Shown in pieces: positions 27,619 through 36,491 of a DNA stretch of 64,000 bases (position 1 is its first letter; every line of letters begins with the position of its first letter). The position numbers and the translations under genes were made by a program. The DNA lies in IMG/VR virus record IMGVR_UViG_3300049988_000286, positions 1 to 64,000 of that record, one strand, 5' to 3'. The DNA comes from a virus (Duplodnaviria; Caudoviricetes). The notes under the pieces were generated by a model. The model was not told where the DNA came from. It worked only from the letters and a program-made list of their open reading frames with translations, and made no database searches.

Positions 27619-27716
27619 GACACGACTAGGAAAGGTCGGTAACACCCGGATGCTCACGATACGAGCGCTTGGGGGACGGTTGGTCTGACCGTCCCCCGAG
27701 GAGAGTTTCAGAGTTT

Positions 27717-27803
27717 TCCTAGATGGCGGAATTGGTAAACGCAGCAGATTGTTAATCTGCCGCCCGTAAGGGTTTGGGGGATCGTACCCCTCTCTAGGAG
27801 CCA
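27717..27803 (+). tRNA. tRNA-Asn(GTT), long variable arm
   Basis: TCCTAGA/TCTAGGA-G-CCA; GCAGA-TTGTTAA-TCTGC; variable hairpin CCC-GTAA-GGG; T-loop ATCGTAC. Confidence 0.85.
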
Positions 27804-27818
27804 CTCTGTAAAGACCTT

Positions 27819-27894
27819 GGGGTATTAGCTCATTTGGGAGAGCAGTTGCTTTGCAAGCATCAGGTGATCGGTTCGAACCCGATATACTCCACCA
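27819..27894 (+). tRNA. tRNA-Ala(TGC)
   Basis: GGGGTAT/ATACTCC-A-CCA with G3:U70; loop TTTGCAA. Confidence 0.9.
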
Positions 27895-28016
27895 GAATAC
27901 CTCCGAGGAACGCATGGCGTCCGTTCCTTCTATCTGATTTGCACAATACGGTGCTGATTAGTTCCTCGGGGGTCAGAAATATTGACTGTACAATTCGAGC
28001 CGGTCTAGAAGGGCTG

Positions 28017-28220
28017 ATGAGCAAATTTTATAGTATCGTCAGCGTGGCGTCGATCCCATTGATCATCTCAATCTGTAGCAGCCTTTTGGACGGCTTCACG
28101 CTCGGCAACGTGTTCGGCATGATCGCAAGCTTTTTCGCGCAAATATTTGCAGCGTATAAAGCGTGGCCTGATGATTTTAACGTCGATTTGGTCAAAGTAT
28201 TTGAGGATGCTTTGAAGTGA
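28017..28220 (+). CDS. small membrane protein
   Basis: Two hydrophobic segments. Confidence 0.55.
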   Translation: MSKFYSIVSVASIPLIISICSSLLDGFTLGNVFGMIASFFAQIFAAYKAWPDDFNVDLVKVFEDALK

Positions 28221-28226
28221 GAGTTT

Positions 28227-28314
28227 TTCCTTCTACGCTAATGGTAAGCGACCGTCCTGTTAAGACGATGTAATCCCTTTGATGGGTATCCCGGTTCGAG
28301 TCCGGGGGAGGAAG
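28227..28314 (+). tRNA. tRNA-Asn(GTT), second copy, 21 nt variable region
   Basis: TTCCTTC/GGAGGAA-G; CGCT/AGCG D-stem; CGTC-CTGTTAA-GACG; CCCGG-TTCGAGT-CCGGG. Confidence 0.8.
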
Positions 28315-28352
28315 CATACGGAAGCAGAGTCTCGAACCATGCTAAATAAGAC

Positions 28353-29027
28353 ATGGAACAAGACTCTGCTTCATGGTACTATACCGTCTATTGCACCACT
28401 TGCATACCAAACGGTCGCCAATACATTGGTGTTCATAAAACCCAGAACCTCGACGATGGATATCTCGGTTCCGGTCTAGTTCTCAAGCGTGCTCTCAAGA
28501 AATACGGAGTGGATGCGTTCCAGAAGGAGATCATCGGCATCTTCGACACGGCGGAGCAGATGTTCGATATGGAAGCCCAGCTTGTATGTGAGGCTACCTT
28601 ACCTGATCTCTACAATCTGAAATGTGGTGGTCACGGCGGTTTCGATTTCATAAACAAAGAAGGCCGTAACATCTACGATGGTCATGCGGAGATCGTTCGA
28701 GAGAACCTTCGCAAAGGCTGGGAGAATGGCGGGGTCACTTTGAAGAACCGGCTCGCGGCCGATCCAGAGTTTCGAAGACGCTTCACCGAGAAGGGCACCG
28801 CCCGCCTCATGGGCAATAAAATTTGGTTGGGTCGGACACACAGCGCAGAGGCGAAAGCGAAGATTAGCGAAGCGGCGAAGAAGAGAACGCCGCAGCAAAA
28901 CTCGCAATTCGGAACTTGTTGGGTGACGGATGGCGTCGCGAATCAGAAAATCACCAAGGCGATGCTCGAACCTTTTTTGCTGGCAAATAGTGCTTGGCGG
29001 AAAGGTCGTGTATTAGCACCAAAATAA
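28353..29027 (+). CDS. GIY-YIG homing endonuclease (Seg-like) with NUMOD3-type tail
   Basis: TVYCTTCIPNGRQYIGVHKT...YLGSG; LYNLKCGG; GRTHSAEAKAKISEA; CTAAATA-N4-ATG. Confidence 0.9.
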   Translation: MEQDSASWYYTVYCTTCIPNGRQYIGVHKTQNLDDGYLGSGLVLKRALKKYGVDAFQKEIIGIFDTAEQMFDMEAQLVCEATLPDLYNLKCGGHGGFDFINKEGRNIYDGHAEIVRENLRKGWENGGVTLKNRLAADPEFRRRFTEKGTARLMGNKIWLGRTHSAEAKAKISEAAKKRTPQQNSQFGTCWVTDGVANQKITKAMLEPFLLANSAWRKGRVLAPK

Positions 29028-29032
29028 TCATT

Positions 29033-29108
29033 GGGGAATTAGCTCATTTAGGAGAGCGCTTGAATGGCATTCAAGAGGTGTCGAGGGCAGAACTCGAATT
29101 CTCCACCA
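29033..29108 (+). tRNA. tRNA-Ala(GGC), atypical T-loop
   Basis: GGGGAAT/ATTCTCC-A-CCA; CTTGA-ATGGCAT-TCAAG; T-loop GGCAGAA. Confidence 0.88.
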
Positions 29109-29168
29109 TCATCCCTATTCGTTCACCAACCCCTTGACACAGTTCCCTCACTCTCCCATAACGCCTTC

Positions 29169-29282
29169 ATGATACCGAGCGATCCGAGAGATGAGGGCGT
29201 TGCGCCGGTTACTGGACGTGGCTGCGTGCTAGTGATCATCACCGTGCTGATCTTAATTTCGATCTTGATCTGGTTCTGGTAA
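29169..29282 (+). CDS. small membrane peptide
   Basis: 37 aa with C-terminal TM segment, after TTGACA promoter. Confidence 0.45.
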   Translation: MIPSDPRDEGVAPVTGRGCVLVIITVLILISILIWFW

Positions 29283-29333
29283 GGTCGGCGTGGCGGTGGT
29301 TTTTCGCCGCGACCGATTTTGAAAGTCTTCCCT

Positions 29334-30599
29334 ATGACCTATGTTTGTGTGATGTTCCCGTATCCGAGTGGGGCCGGGTTGCATCTGGGTCATTATTACA
29401 ACTACGCGGTCATGGACAGTTATTGTCGTTGGCAGCGTCGATCTGGTGAGGTCTTCCAGCCGTTCGGTTACGATGCCTTTGGTCTTCCGGCGGAAAACTA
29501 CGCGAGAGCCATTGGTGGTGATCCGCGTGAGGTTACGGAAGCGAACATTGACAACTTCCGGCGTCAGATCGCGAACATGCGGACAGAGTACCGGGAGTGT
29601 CTTGTCACTTCGCATCCCAGCTATGTCGAGCAAACGCAGTGGTTGTTCACGCGTTTGCTGGAGAATGATCTCGCCTATAAGGCGGAGGCGGAGGTCAACT
29701 GGTGTGAGGCTTGTGGCACCGTCCTCGCGAATGAACAGGCGCAGGAAGGTATCTGTGAGCGTCATGGCACGCCGGTTGAGCGTCGGCGCATGGAACAGTG
29801 GTTCTTCCGCATCACCGCATATCGGGATCGTCTGATTGCTGGTTTGGACAATCTCGACTATCCTGCTGGGACGATCAAGCAGCAGCGGGATTGGTTGGCG
29901 AATCTTCACGACTGGTGCGTGTCGCGTCAGCGGGCTTGGGGGTGTCCCATCCCCATCGAGGGTGAGACGGATACCCTTGATACATTCGTGGACTCATCGT
30001 TCTATTACCTCGCCTATCAGCACCCGGTGAACGGTGAGACGATGGCGAACGATTATCGCCCTGTTGATCTCTATGTCGGTGGTCCCGAGCACGCTTGTCT
30101 GCATCTCATCTACGCCCGGTTCATCAACATGTTCTTGTTCGACATCGGTATCGCGCCGGAGGAGGAGCCATTTAGGCGTGTCATCCATCAGGGGATGATT
30201 ACCGCCAATGGGGCCAAGATCAGCAAACGAAACAATAACGGCGTAGCGATCGAGAATTACGATCCGGCGGAACTGCGCTTCTACCTGATGTTCCTTGGTC
30301 ACTATTTCGATGGTGGAGACTGGTCCGATCAGCATATCGTCGGTGTGACCAAGTTCTTCCGTCGAATGAGGCTATGGTTGTCGCAAACTGGGAATGATGC
30401 GATCGATATCGAGGCCTTGGTTGAGGCTGTTGACCGCAACGTCGCGGCGTTCAAGTTCAACAAGGTGGTTTCATCGTTTATGGAGTTCTACAACCGCAAC
30501 AAGGCGAAGCGCATCGCAGCGAAGGATGCCAGTGAGATTGCTGGGCTCTTGGATGTTTTCGCTCCCGGCTGGCGGGCGGAGAGTGATAGAGAGGAGTGA
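29334..30599 (+). CDS. leuS: miniaturised leucyl-tRNA synthetase (no CP1 editing domain, truncated C-terminus)
   Basis: MFPYPSG, HLGH (HIGH), GYDAFGLPAEN, Zn motif CEACGTVLANEQ, QWFFRIT, DWCVSRQRAWG, DTFVDSS, GGPEHACLHL, KISKR (KMSKS); 421 aa. Confidence 0.88.
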   Translation: MTYVCVMFPYPSGAGLHLGHYYNYAVMDSYCRWQRRSGEVFQPFGYDAFGLPAENYARAIGGDPREVTEANIDNFRRQIANMRTEYRECLVTSHPSYVEQTQWLFTRLLENDLAYKAEAEVNWCEACGTVLANEQAQEGICERHGTPVERRRMEQWFFRITAYRDRLIAGLDNLDYPAGTIKQQRDWLANLHDWCVSRQRAWGCPIPIEGETDTLDTFVDSSFYYLAYQHPVNGETMANDYRPVDLYVGGPEHACLHLIYARFINMFLFDIGIAPEEEPFRRVIHQGMITANGAKISKRNNNGVAIENYDPAELRFYLMFLGHYFDGGDWSDQHIVGVTKFFRRMRLWLSQTGNDAIDIEALVEAVDRNVAAFKFNKVVSSFMEFYNRNKAKRIAAKDASEIAGLLDVFAPGWRAESDREE

Positions 30600-30714
30600 A
30601 GGCCCGGTGAACCCGGATCATACGGGCAACCGCGTCGATGTCGTCGCGAGGGCTGGAAACTCACCGGGCCTTCCCGGTTTCTGGACACGATCCCAGAGAT
30701 TGTCAAACAAACGC

Positions 30715-30743
30715 TTGACGCCCGACAGTCTTCCGTGTAGTTG
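30715..30743 (+). promoter_or_regulatory. promoter for ncRNA cluster
   Basis: TTGACG-17-TAGTTG. Confidence 0.6.
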
Positions 30744-30777
30744 ATCATCACCGGGCGGCAACGTCGGGTAGACATAG

Positions 30778-30847
30778 GGCACGAGTGGCGGACGGTGACG
30801 CCCTCGCTCGCAAGGCGGAGATACCGGTTCGATTCCGGTTCGTGTCA
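30778..30847 (+). tRNA. atypical tRNA-like gene, loop TC-GCA-AG
   Basis: GGCACGA/TCGTGTC-A; GGCG/CGCC D-stem; ACCGG-TTCGATT-CCGGT; C33, no CCA. Confidence 0.65.
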
Positions 30848-31112
30848 GTGGGGACGCCCACGCTATGTTATACGCCTACTGCTCTGCGGGTAGGGGAGGA
30901 ATACGCCCGAGCGTGCATTGTAACGTGGGGGAAGCGCGGGGTTAGTTTCGATCTTGTAGATCGTCGAGATATCGGCCACACAGCGCACCCTTCAAGGAAA
31001 GCGGGACAGGCACAAAGTAAGACGGGATCATTCCTGCCGTCTTTGTGGTCGAGACAGATTGGTCAGGTGGAGTAAGCTGCGCAGCGACTGTGAGGGCACT
31101 CACGGGAACGAC

Positions 31113-31211
31113 GCCAGACCATGGATGCGGAGACTGCGGGTTCAATTCCCGCACATGGCTTCGGCCGTGATAGCTCAAAGCAAGAGCACCGCATCCAGAA
31201 GATAGGCTGGG
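31113..31211 (+). ncRNA. YrlA-like Y RNA (circularly permuted tRNA mimic)
   Basis: TGGATGCGG stem, T-arm GCGGG-TTCAATT-CCCGC, acceptor stem closed by TTCG, D-arm GCTC/GAGC, closing CCGCATCCA. Confidence 0.75.
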
Positions 31212-31330
31212 GCACCGGCCTTGGGGTTAGTACAAATGCCAGAGTGCGCGAACGTGGCGAGAACACTCGGAAGTATCAGCGGGCTCTAACCCGATTTGAT
31301 GGTGTTGTGGCGAGCACCACCCCTAAACCT

Positions 31331-31825
31331 CTAGAGCGCCGACCAGTCCGTCTCGAAGAAGATCGTGACATCGACGGCTCTGATCGTCTCCACGCCCCTG
31401 ATCTTCGCTGCTGCGATCCGGTGACCGCCTTCGACGATCCGCCAGCCCGTGCCTTGACGACGCACGAGGATCAGCGGCGGGGTTGTGGTCATCTTCGCGT
31501 ACTGCGCCACTACATTGTCGGAGACGCTGCGGTTGGTGTTGTCGATCTCATCGGGGGCGAGATCAATGATCGACACGGGAAACCAGTTCTCGTCCTCGCT
31601 ACCGTCGCCATCTGGGTGATGGTCGATCTCATATCCGAAGATGAACTGCGAGACGTAGGTTTGGTTGAAGGACATGACCCCATGCTCTTCCATCCAATAG
31701 TCCTCGAAGGCGGGACAATTGACCAACAGCATCGCGAGGATATCTTGCTTCGTCTCGTAGGGGAGGGAATCCACGCCTACCTTCTTGATCAGGTGGGCTT
31801 CCATTAGGTTGATCAATTCACGCAT
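31331..31825 (-). CDS. ParB/Srx-like domain protein with MRxxIxLxE N-terminus
   Basis: PPLILVRR...IVEGGHRIAAAKIRGVETIRA; MRELINLMEA. Confidence 0.7.
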   Translation of the reverse strand: MRELINLMEAHLIKKVGVDSLPYETKQDILAMLLVNCPAFEDYWMEEHGVMSFNQTYVSQFIFGYEIDHHPDGDGSEDENWFPVSIIDLAPDEIDNTNRSVSDNVVAQYAKMTTTPPLILVRRQGTGWRIVEGGHRIAAAKIRGVETIRAVDVTIFFETDWSAL

Positions 31826-32268
31826 TATTCTTCACCTCGACCTTTGAGGAATTCCGCTACCCATTCCTTAACCCGTGGGATGCAACTCTTCACCGACGCT
31901 TTGTGGTCGCGCGATCCCCAGAATGCGGTATCGTGGTGGTGAGCGTTCGTGCCGAGAGCCCTGACATCGCTGGCATCGATGTTGAGGTCGATGATCTCGC
32001 CATCGCGGCGGACGAATTGATGATCGGCGTTGCCCTCTAGACGCCCACCGAATATCGCGCGAGCGAACAGGGAAGTGAACTTGCACGACAGGGAGAGATC
32101 ATCGGGCAGGGTTGCGTTAGGCCCGCCGCGTTCACGGGCGCGTTCCTGCCACTTGCGCAGAACGAAGACGCGTGCGGCTTCGATGTTCTCGCTCGTGGGT
32201 TCGAGAAGACCGTCTTTGTCAGCGCGCTTGAAGTCCCGGCCTTCGACTAGGTTGATCCAGTTTCGCAT
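31825..32268 (-). CDS. late protein, MRNWINLVEG N-terminus
   Basis: CTAAATA-N4-ATG; CKFTSLF...HQFV...IIDL suggests a papain- or transglutaminase-like triad (weak). Confidence 0.65.
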   Translation of the reverse strand: MRNWINLVEGRDFKRADKDGLLEPTSENIEAARVFVLRKWQERARERGGPNATLPDDLSLSCKFTSLFARAIFGGRLEGNADHQFVRRDGEIIDLNIDASDVRALGTNAHHHDTAFWGSRDHKASVKSCIPRVKEWVAEFLKGRGEE

Positions 32269-32334
32269 CCTCTATTTAGGGCTGCTTGACACATGTGAGC
32301 GAACTGTATAGAGGGCGGGGAGGAGATAGCCGAA

Positions 32335-32841
32335 ATGTCTGAACTCTACCCCAGCGATCCCGCGCTACGCCAACGCCTCAATAGCTTCGCGCTATCCCCG
32401 ACCCTCAACTCCTTGGTGGGTTGGGTGATGCCCCGTGGCGGCATCGTCTTCACGGAAACGCATGAGCATCGGTCGGCTTTGCCCAAGGAGTGGCAGGATC
32501 GCTACACGGAACTCCTCCACGCAGCGGAGCGCGCGATCGAGGATCAGTTGGAGGAGGAGTATCGCCTCTACCCCGACGAGCATCCCGCCTATCATCGTTT
32601 CGATGCCGACTCGGATGCCGACGATGCCTTGCTGCGACAACTCGCCGAGGAGGGCTACATGCGCTTCGGTATCTGGCGCACCGGCGGGGATGTCCGCATG
32701 GAAGTGACCGCCACCCCGGCGTTGGTGAAGCGCCATGATCTCGCCGTGCGTGAATTAGTCTCGGAGGCCTTGGTGGAAGCCGTTTACCTCGACGAGATTA
32801 CGCAATATGGAACGCGGCGTAAGCGTCTCCGAGGGTATTGA
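32335..32841 (+). CDS. hypothetical protein
   Basis: Promoter TTGACA/TATAGA at 32286-32312; SD AGGAG. Confidence 0.65.
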   Translation: MSELYPSDPALRQRLNSFALSPTLNSLVGWVMPRGGIVFTETHEHRSALPKEWQDRYTELLHAAERAIEDQLEEEYRLYPDEHPAYHRFDADSDADDALLRQLAEEGYMRFGIWRTGGDVRMEVTATPALVKRHDLAVRELVSEALVEAVYLDEITQYGTRRKRLRGY

Positions 32842-32870
32842 TTTCAGTCTCAACATTCAGAGGAAGTATC

Positions 32871-33329
32871 ATGAACGACGCAGCACAGCGTTTCCGCGCC
32901 TCGTTGGAGAAGCGCATCGCCGAGCATCCCAAGGTGGAACCCCACCCCTCCCTCTGTCCGCCGCGTGCGGGCGGGCGTTGGCCGTGGCCGTTCTTCCGTC
33001 TCTCGAACGGGTTCGAGATCGAGTTGAACGAAGTCCTGCGGGTGCGATGCTTGCGAGACTTCGATGGATCGCAGGGTGCGGTGGCTCGCGTCGGTGATGT
33101 GATCGCAGTCCGCGCGGAGCCTCGTTGGTTGGAGTTGGTCAAGTTCGGCCGGGGCAATCGTCGCTACCTCAATGTTCAGACGCCCGCGATCGAGGGTCGG
33201 GACTTCGAGGTCATCGCGAGCGAGAAGATGTGGCTCATCAATGATCAGGCGCGATCGATGGCGGGTATGACCGACGAGGCATTGGCTGCTCGTCAGGAGC
33301 GTGAATGCGGACCCCATACGCAGGATTGA
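32871..33329 (+). CDS. hypothetical protein
   Basis: SD GAGGA. Confidence 0.55.
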   Translation: MNDAAQRFRASLEKRIAEHPKVEPHPSLCPPRAGGRWPWPFFRLSNGFEIELNEVLRVRCLRDFDGSQGAVARVGDVIAVRAEPRWLELVKFGRGNRRYLNVQTPAIEGRDFEVIASEKMWLINDQARSMAGMTDEALAARQERECGPHTQD

Positions 33330-33363
33330 AACAGCGCGTCGCGATCGAGCAGAAGCGGCGTCG

Positions 33364-33693
33364 TTAGTCCGAGTACTTCTCCATGACGCGCTTGATATCG
33401 GCGAAGAATGCGGAAATCTGGCGTGCATCACCATTGATGGTGATCGGAACCGTCTTGGAGAGGAAACCACTAGGCGCGCCGATCTCAACATCAGTGAGAC
33501 CGAATTTCTTTGCGGCGAGGCGCTGAAGCGTCGTAGGCAGCGTCGGGCTCCAGTGAATGCGCCCAATCTCCAACGAGGTGCGAACCCGAGCCGTGCCGGG
33601 ATGACCGGCGAGACGATCGATCGCTGTATCCATATCGAGGATCGGTGCCTCTTCGAGGACGCTTTCGTTGATGATGTTGATGAAATTTCGCAT
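33364..33693 (-). CDS. late protein, MRNFINIINES N-terminus
   Basis: CTAAATA-N4-ATG. Confidence 0.65.
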   Translation of the reverse strand: MRNFINIINESVLEEAPILDMDTAIDRLAGHPGTARVRTSLEIGRIHWSPTLPTTLQRLAAKKFGLTDVEIGAPSGFLSKTVPITINGDARQISAFFADIKRVMEKYSD

Positions 33694-33729
33694 ATGGTAT
33701 TTAGCGTTCGGACCGGCAGGAGAGCAACC

Positions 33730-33948
33730 ATGAAGACCGCCAGTGAGATCATTGCACTGATCCGCGAATACCAAACCGGCTACGCGGCGCAGGACAACAT
33801 CGAGGCGGCTCGGGTCGCCAAGGTTCTGGCTCGACTGCTCGATGAAGCAGAGGGGAGGAAGCCCCCCATGCAGCCACTGCCGTCCGATGTCGTGACTGGA
33901 ACGCCGAATATCGCAGAACTGCGAGAGAAATACTTCGGGAGTGATTGA
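33730..33948 (+). CDS. hypothetical protein
   Basis: SD AGGAG. Confidence 0.55.
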   Translation: MKTASEIIALIREYQTGYAAQDNIEAARVAKVLARLLDEAEGRKPPMQPLPSDVVTGTPNIAELREKYFGSD

Positions 33949-33994
33949 CACAGTTCGCATCATGGTGTAGTTCGCTCTATGAAAGGAATCACCC

Positions 33995-34306
33995 ATGAAG
34001 CAGTTTTTCACCAACCTCCGCGCCCGCATCGAGGGTGCCTCGATCCAGACTCGTTCCATCTACGCGATCGTGACCGCGCTGATCGGCATCACGATCAACT
34101 TCGCCTTCGCCTCGGTCTGCTTCGCGGCGGTGCGGGCGTTCTGGCCCCTGTCGGCGGGCGGGACTGCATGGGGTCTGGGCTTCATGGCTTTCCTCGTCGC
34201 CATCGAGGTCTTGAAGAATGTTGCCAAGGCGGTGATTTCGATTATCTTCGCCTTCCGTGACCTCGCGGTGCAGCGTCGTCTCGATCTTTTCGTAAAGGGT
34301 GCCTGA
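33995..34306 (+). CDS. membrane protein
   Basis: Two TM segments; upstream TTGACA promoter. Confidence 0.65.
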   Translation: MKQFFTNLRARIEGASIQTRSIYAIVTALIGITINFAFASVCFAAVRAFWPLSAGGTAWGLGFMAFLVAIEVLKNVAKAVISIIFAFRDLAVQRRLDLFVKGA

Positions 34307-34788
34307 TGTCCGATCTTCCTGCCGGTTACCTCGTCCGCGTCACCTCGTGGGAGAATGATGCCGATAATTACAAGACCGTGGAACGGGCAGGTTTGAGCGA
34401 GAGCGACGCGCGGTTCTTCATCCGGGCCGCGCAGCTTTTCCGGAGCGTGAACAGGCACGAGTTCGGCGACGCGCCGCGCTTCGGTAATGCGGACATTCGA
34501 GGCGATCGTCCCGGTCGTGCAAACGACGCCGGACTTCCCGACGCCTTGGAGGCGCTGGTGCGCGAGCACAAAGCTGTGTTCGGATCGGTTCCCCAATATT
34601 GGGATACCGACACGTGGAAGAACGAGGCCCAGCACGCCGAGTACCGCGTGGACTACACCCATGAGGTCTTCTATGACCTGATCGGGACGTGGGCGGAAGG
34701 CGAGTATTGGCGCGTCTATGAATCGCACGTGGTGTTGTTCGTGCCAGAGGTGATTCGTGATGTGACGGCCTCGTTCGCCACGGGATGA
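34306..34788 (+). CDS. hypothetical protein
   Basis: TGATG coupling. Confidence 0.65.
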   Translation: MSDLPAGYLVRVTSWENDADNYKTVERAGLSESDARFFIRAAQLFRSVNRHEFGDAPRFGNADIRGDRPGRANDAGLPDALEALVREHKAVFGSVPQYWDTDTWKNEAQHAEYRVDYTHEVFYDLIGTWAEGEYWRVYESHVVLFVPEVIRDVTASFATG

Positions 34789-35012
34789 GGTTGCTCGCCT
34801 CGCCTCCGATGCCATTCGGGCAGCAGCACATCGTTGCCATCCGGGGCTTTCGCGATCGTTGCCGCACAGCCTTGAAGCATTGGCTTCGAGAGAATGGATA
34901 TCTGACCGCAGAGATCGGGATGGATATTGGCATATGGTGCAACGTCTATTTCACCGATTCCCATGAGGCCGATCTGTTCTATCTCACCTTTGCGTCGGTG
35001 AGGACGCTGTGA
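34785..35012 (+). CDS. FxxExDA-family protein
   Basis: WLRENG...FTDSHEADLFYLTF. Confidence 0.65.
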   Translation: MRLLASPPMPFGQQHIVAIRGFRDRCRTALKHWLRENGYLTAEIGMDIGIWCNVYFTDSHEADLFYLTFASVRTL

Positions 35013-35236
35013 TTCAGTCACGGCGGATATTCTTCCACGGGTATGCGAAAAGGTGGGCATGTGCCTTGCGTGAACCGAGCCTCCGGGTTTCTTCGACCGC
35101 GATGGATGTGCGTCGATGGCTAGATCAGAATGGTATGCCGCAAGCCAGCGTGGGTAACTCCAAAATGATCTGGTTCGATAGCGAGGATGACGCTGCGTTG
35201 TTCCATCTCGCCTTCGTGACCGGTATGGAATTATAG
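35009..35236 (+). CDS. FxxExDA-family protein
   Basis: WLDQNG...FDSEDDAALFHLAF. Confidence 0.65.
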   Translation: MIQSRRIFFHGYAKRWACALREPSLRVSSTAMDVRRWLDQNGMPQASVGNSKMIWFDSEDDAALFHLAFVTGMEL

Positions 35237-35496
35237 TCTGGACAGTTCGCTATAATCATTTATACAGCGGGTAAGGAGAATCGAGATGTCCAAGTCCCGC
35301 CAGCGTCTCACCTACGGCTTCGCCCTCGGTCAGGATCGCATCGTCGTCACCATCACCGAGGCAAAGTTTGGGTGGACAGTTGTTCGCCGCCGTAACGGTG
35401 TCGAGGAGAGCCGTGAAACCGCCATGGGTTCGCTCATGACGGTGCTCGCGGAGGCCACGTCTTGACGCTATTGTCGAACTGTGAGACAAGCGGGCG

Positions 35497-35904
35497 ATGA
35501 ACCCTAGTGACGAACGCCCCGCGTGGTGGACCGCCTTCATCGATCGCTTCGAGCGTCTCGACAACTTGATCGAGCAGGGCGTCAGTGATGCCGACGATGA
35601 GCAGCTTGCCATCAACACGTCCTCGCAATTCCATGCGCAGAGGTTCGCGGCCCAATTGATCGACTGTCGAAGGCCGGGCGTCTTCATCGACCTTAACGGT
35701 TGCGTGCGATTGGTCTGGGACGCCGGGGAGGAACAGGTCGCGCTGCTCTTCAATCCAAGGGGGAGGGTAGGGTTTGTCTTCCTGCGCCTCGATGGTGAGG
35801 GGGCGGTGGATGATCTTCGCGGAACAGTCCGCGCATCGCTCATCATGCTGTTGATCGAGCGATTTGAGATCAAGCACGTGATGCTCGACAGGAGTGACCA
35901 ATGA
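35497..35904 (+). CDS. hypothetical protein
   Basis: 135 aa ORF, coupled to next. Confidence 0.55.
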   Translation: MNPSDERPAWWTAFIDRFERLDNLIEQGVSDADDEQLAINTSSQFHAQRFAAQLIDCRRPGVFIDLNGCVRLVWDAGEEQVALLFNPRGRVGFVFLRLDGEGAVDDLRGTVRASLIMLLIERFEIKHVMLDRSDQ

Positions 35905-36086
35905 TCGACTTCCATGATTTTGAAAGAGATGGCCAAGGGCGTCCCTACCCCAACGATACACCGGAGCAGTTGCGCGCACGCTCGGAAGACCTTCGCGAGA
36001 GGATCGCGGCCCGGCAGCGTGGCGAGTGGCCCACCTTTCGCCTCCCGACCAAAGGTGATGTGGGCGGCGAGATACCGGGCGGTTGA
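35901..36086 (+). CDS. hypothetical protein
   Basis: SD AGGAG; 61 aa. Confidence 0.5.
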   Translation: MIDFHDFERDGQGRPYPNDTPEQLRARSEDLRERIAARQRGEWPTFRLPTKGDVGGEIPGG

Positions 36087-36313
36087 GATGTTGCTGACCG
36101 GGCTCACCGGCTATCTTGTTTCCCTCGGCAGTGTCGGCCATGAACAAGTAAGGCAAGGGGTCTCTCACCCCCGCGACTGACGGCACCTAGTGCCTCCCAG
36201 AACCTCCGACCGGATTGTGTGTCCATCCACACCGCAGCAACCCAGTGACGATACCCGCGACAGGGGCGATTTTCAATATTGCCCAGCGCCACGGAAGCGC
36301 CTATCACGTCATT

Positions 36314-36455
36314 GTCGGGGAAGCGCATGGAGGTCGTTCCTTCTTTGCATGATAAGCCCGAGGTTGCAGGTTCGAGCCCTGCCTCTCCAACCTGATGGAG
36401 GGTAGCTCAATTGGTAGAGCGCGGAAAAAATACGGTTCCGATTTGCTTCCCCGGC
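36314..36455 (+). ncRNA. yrlA: YrlA-type Y RNA
   Basis: Terminal stem GTCGGGGAAGC/GCTTCCCCGGC; T-arm GCAGG-TTCGAGC-CCTGC; 7 bp acceptor stem closed by ACCTGA; D-arm GCTC-AATTGGTA-GAGC; promoter TTGCCC-17-TATCAC at 36279-36307. Confidence 0.85.
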
Positions 36456-36491
36456 CCTTGACCGAACTACCCCAGCGGGGTAGTTGAAGGC

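Noticed and set aside
31040-31095. SRP RNA-like GTCAGG...GCAGC segment
   Set aside because: Lacks the CC-GNRA-GG apical helix and the long flanking stem of 4.5S RNA.
35256-35490. Possible small minus-strand gene
   Set aside because: No convincing start or SD; the frame could not be chosen with confidence.
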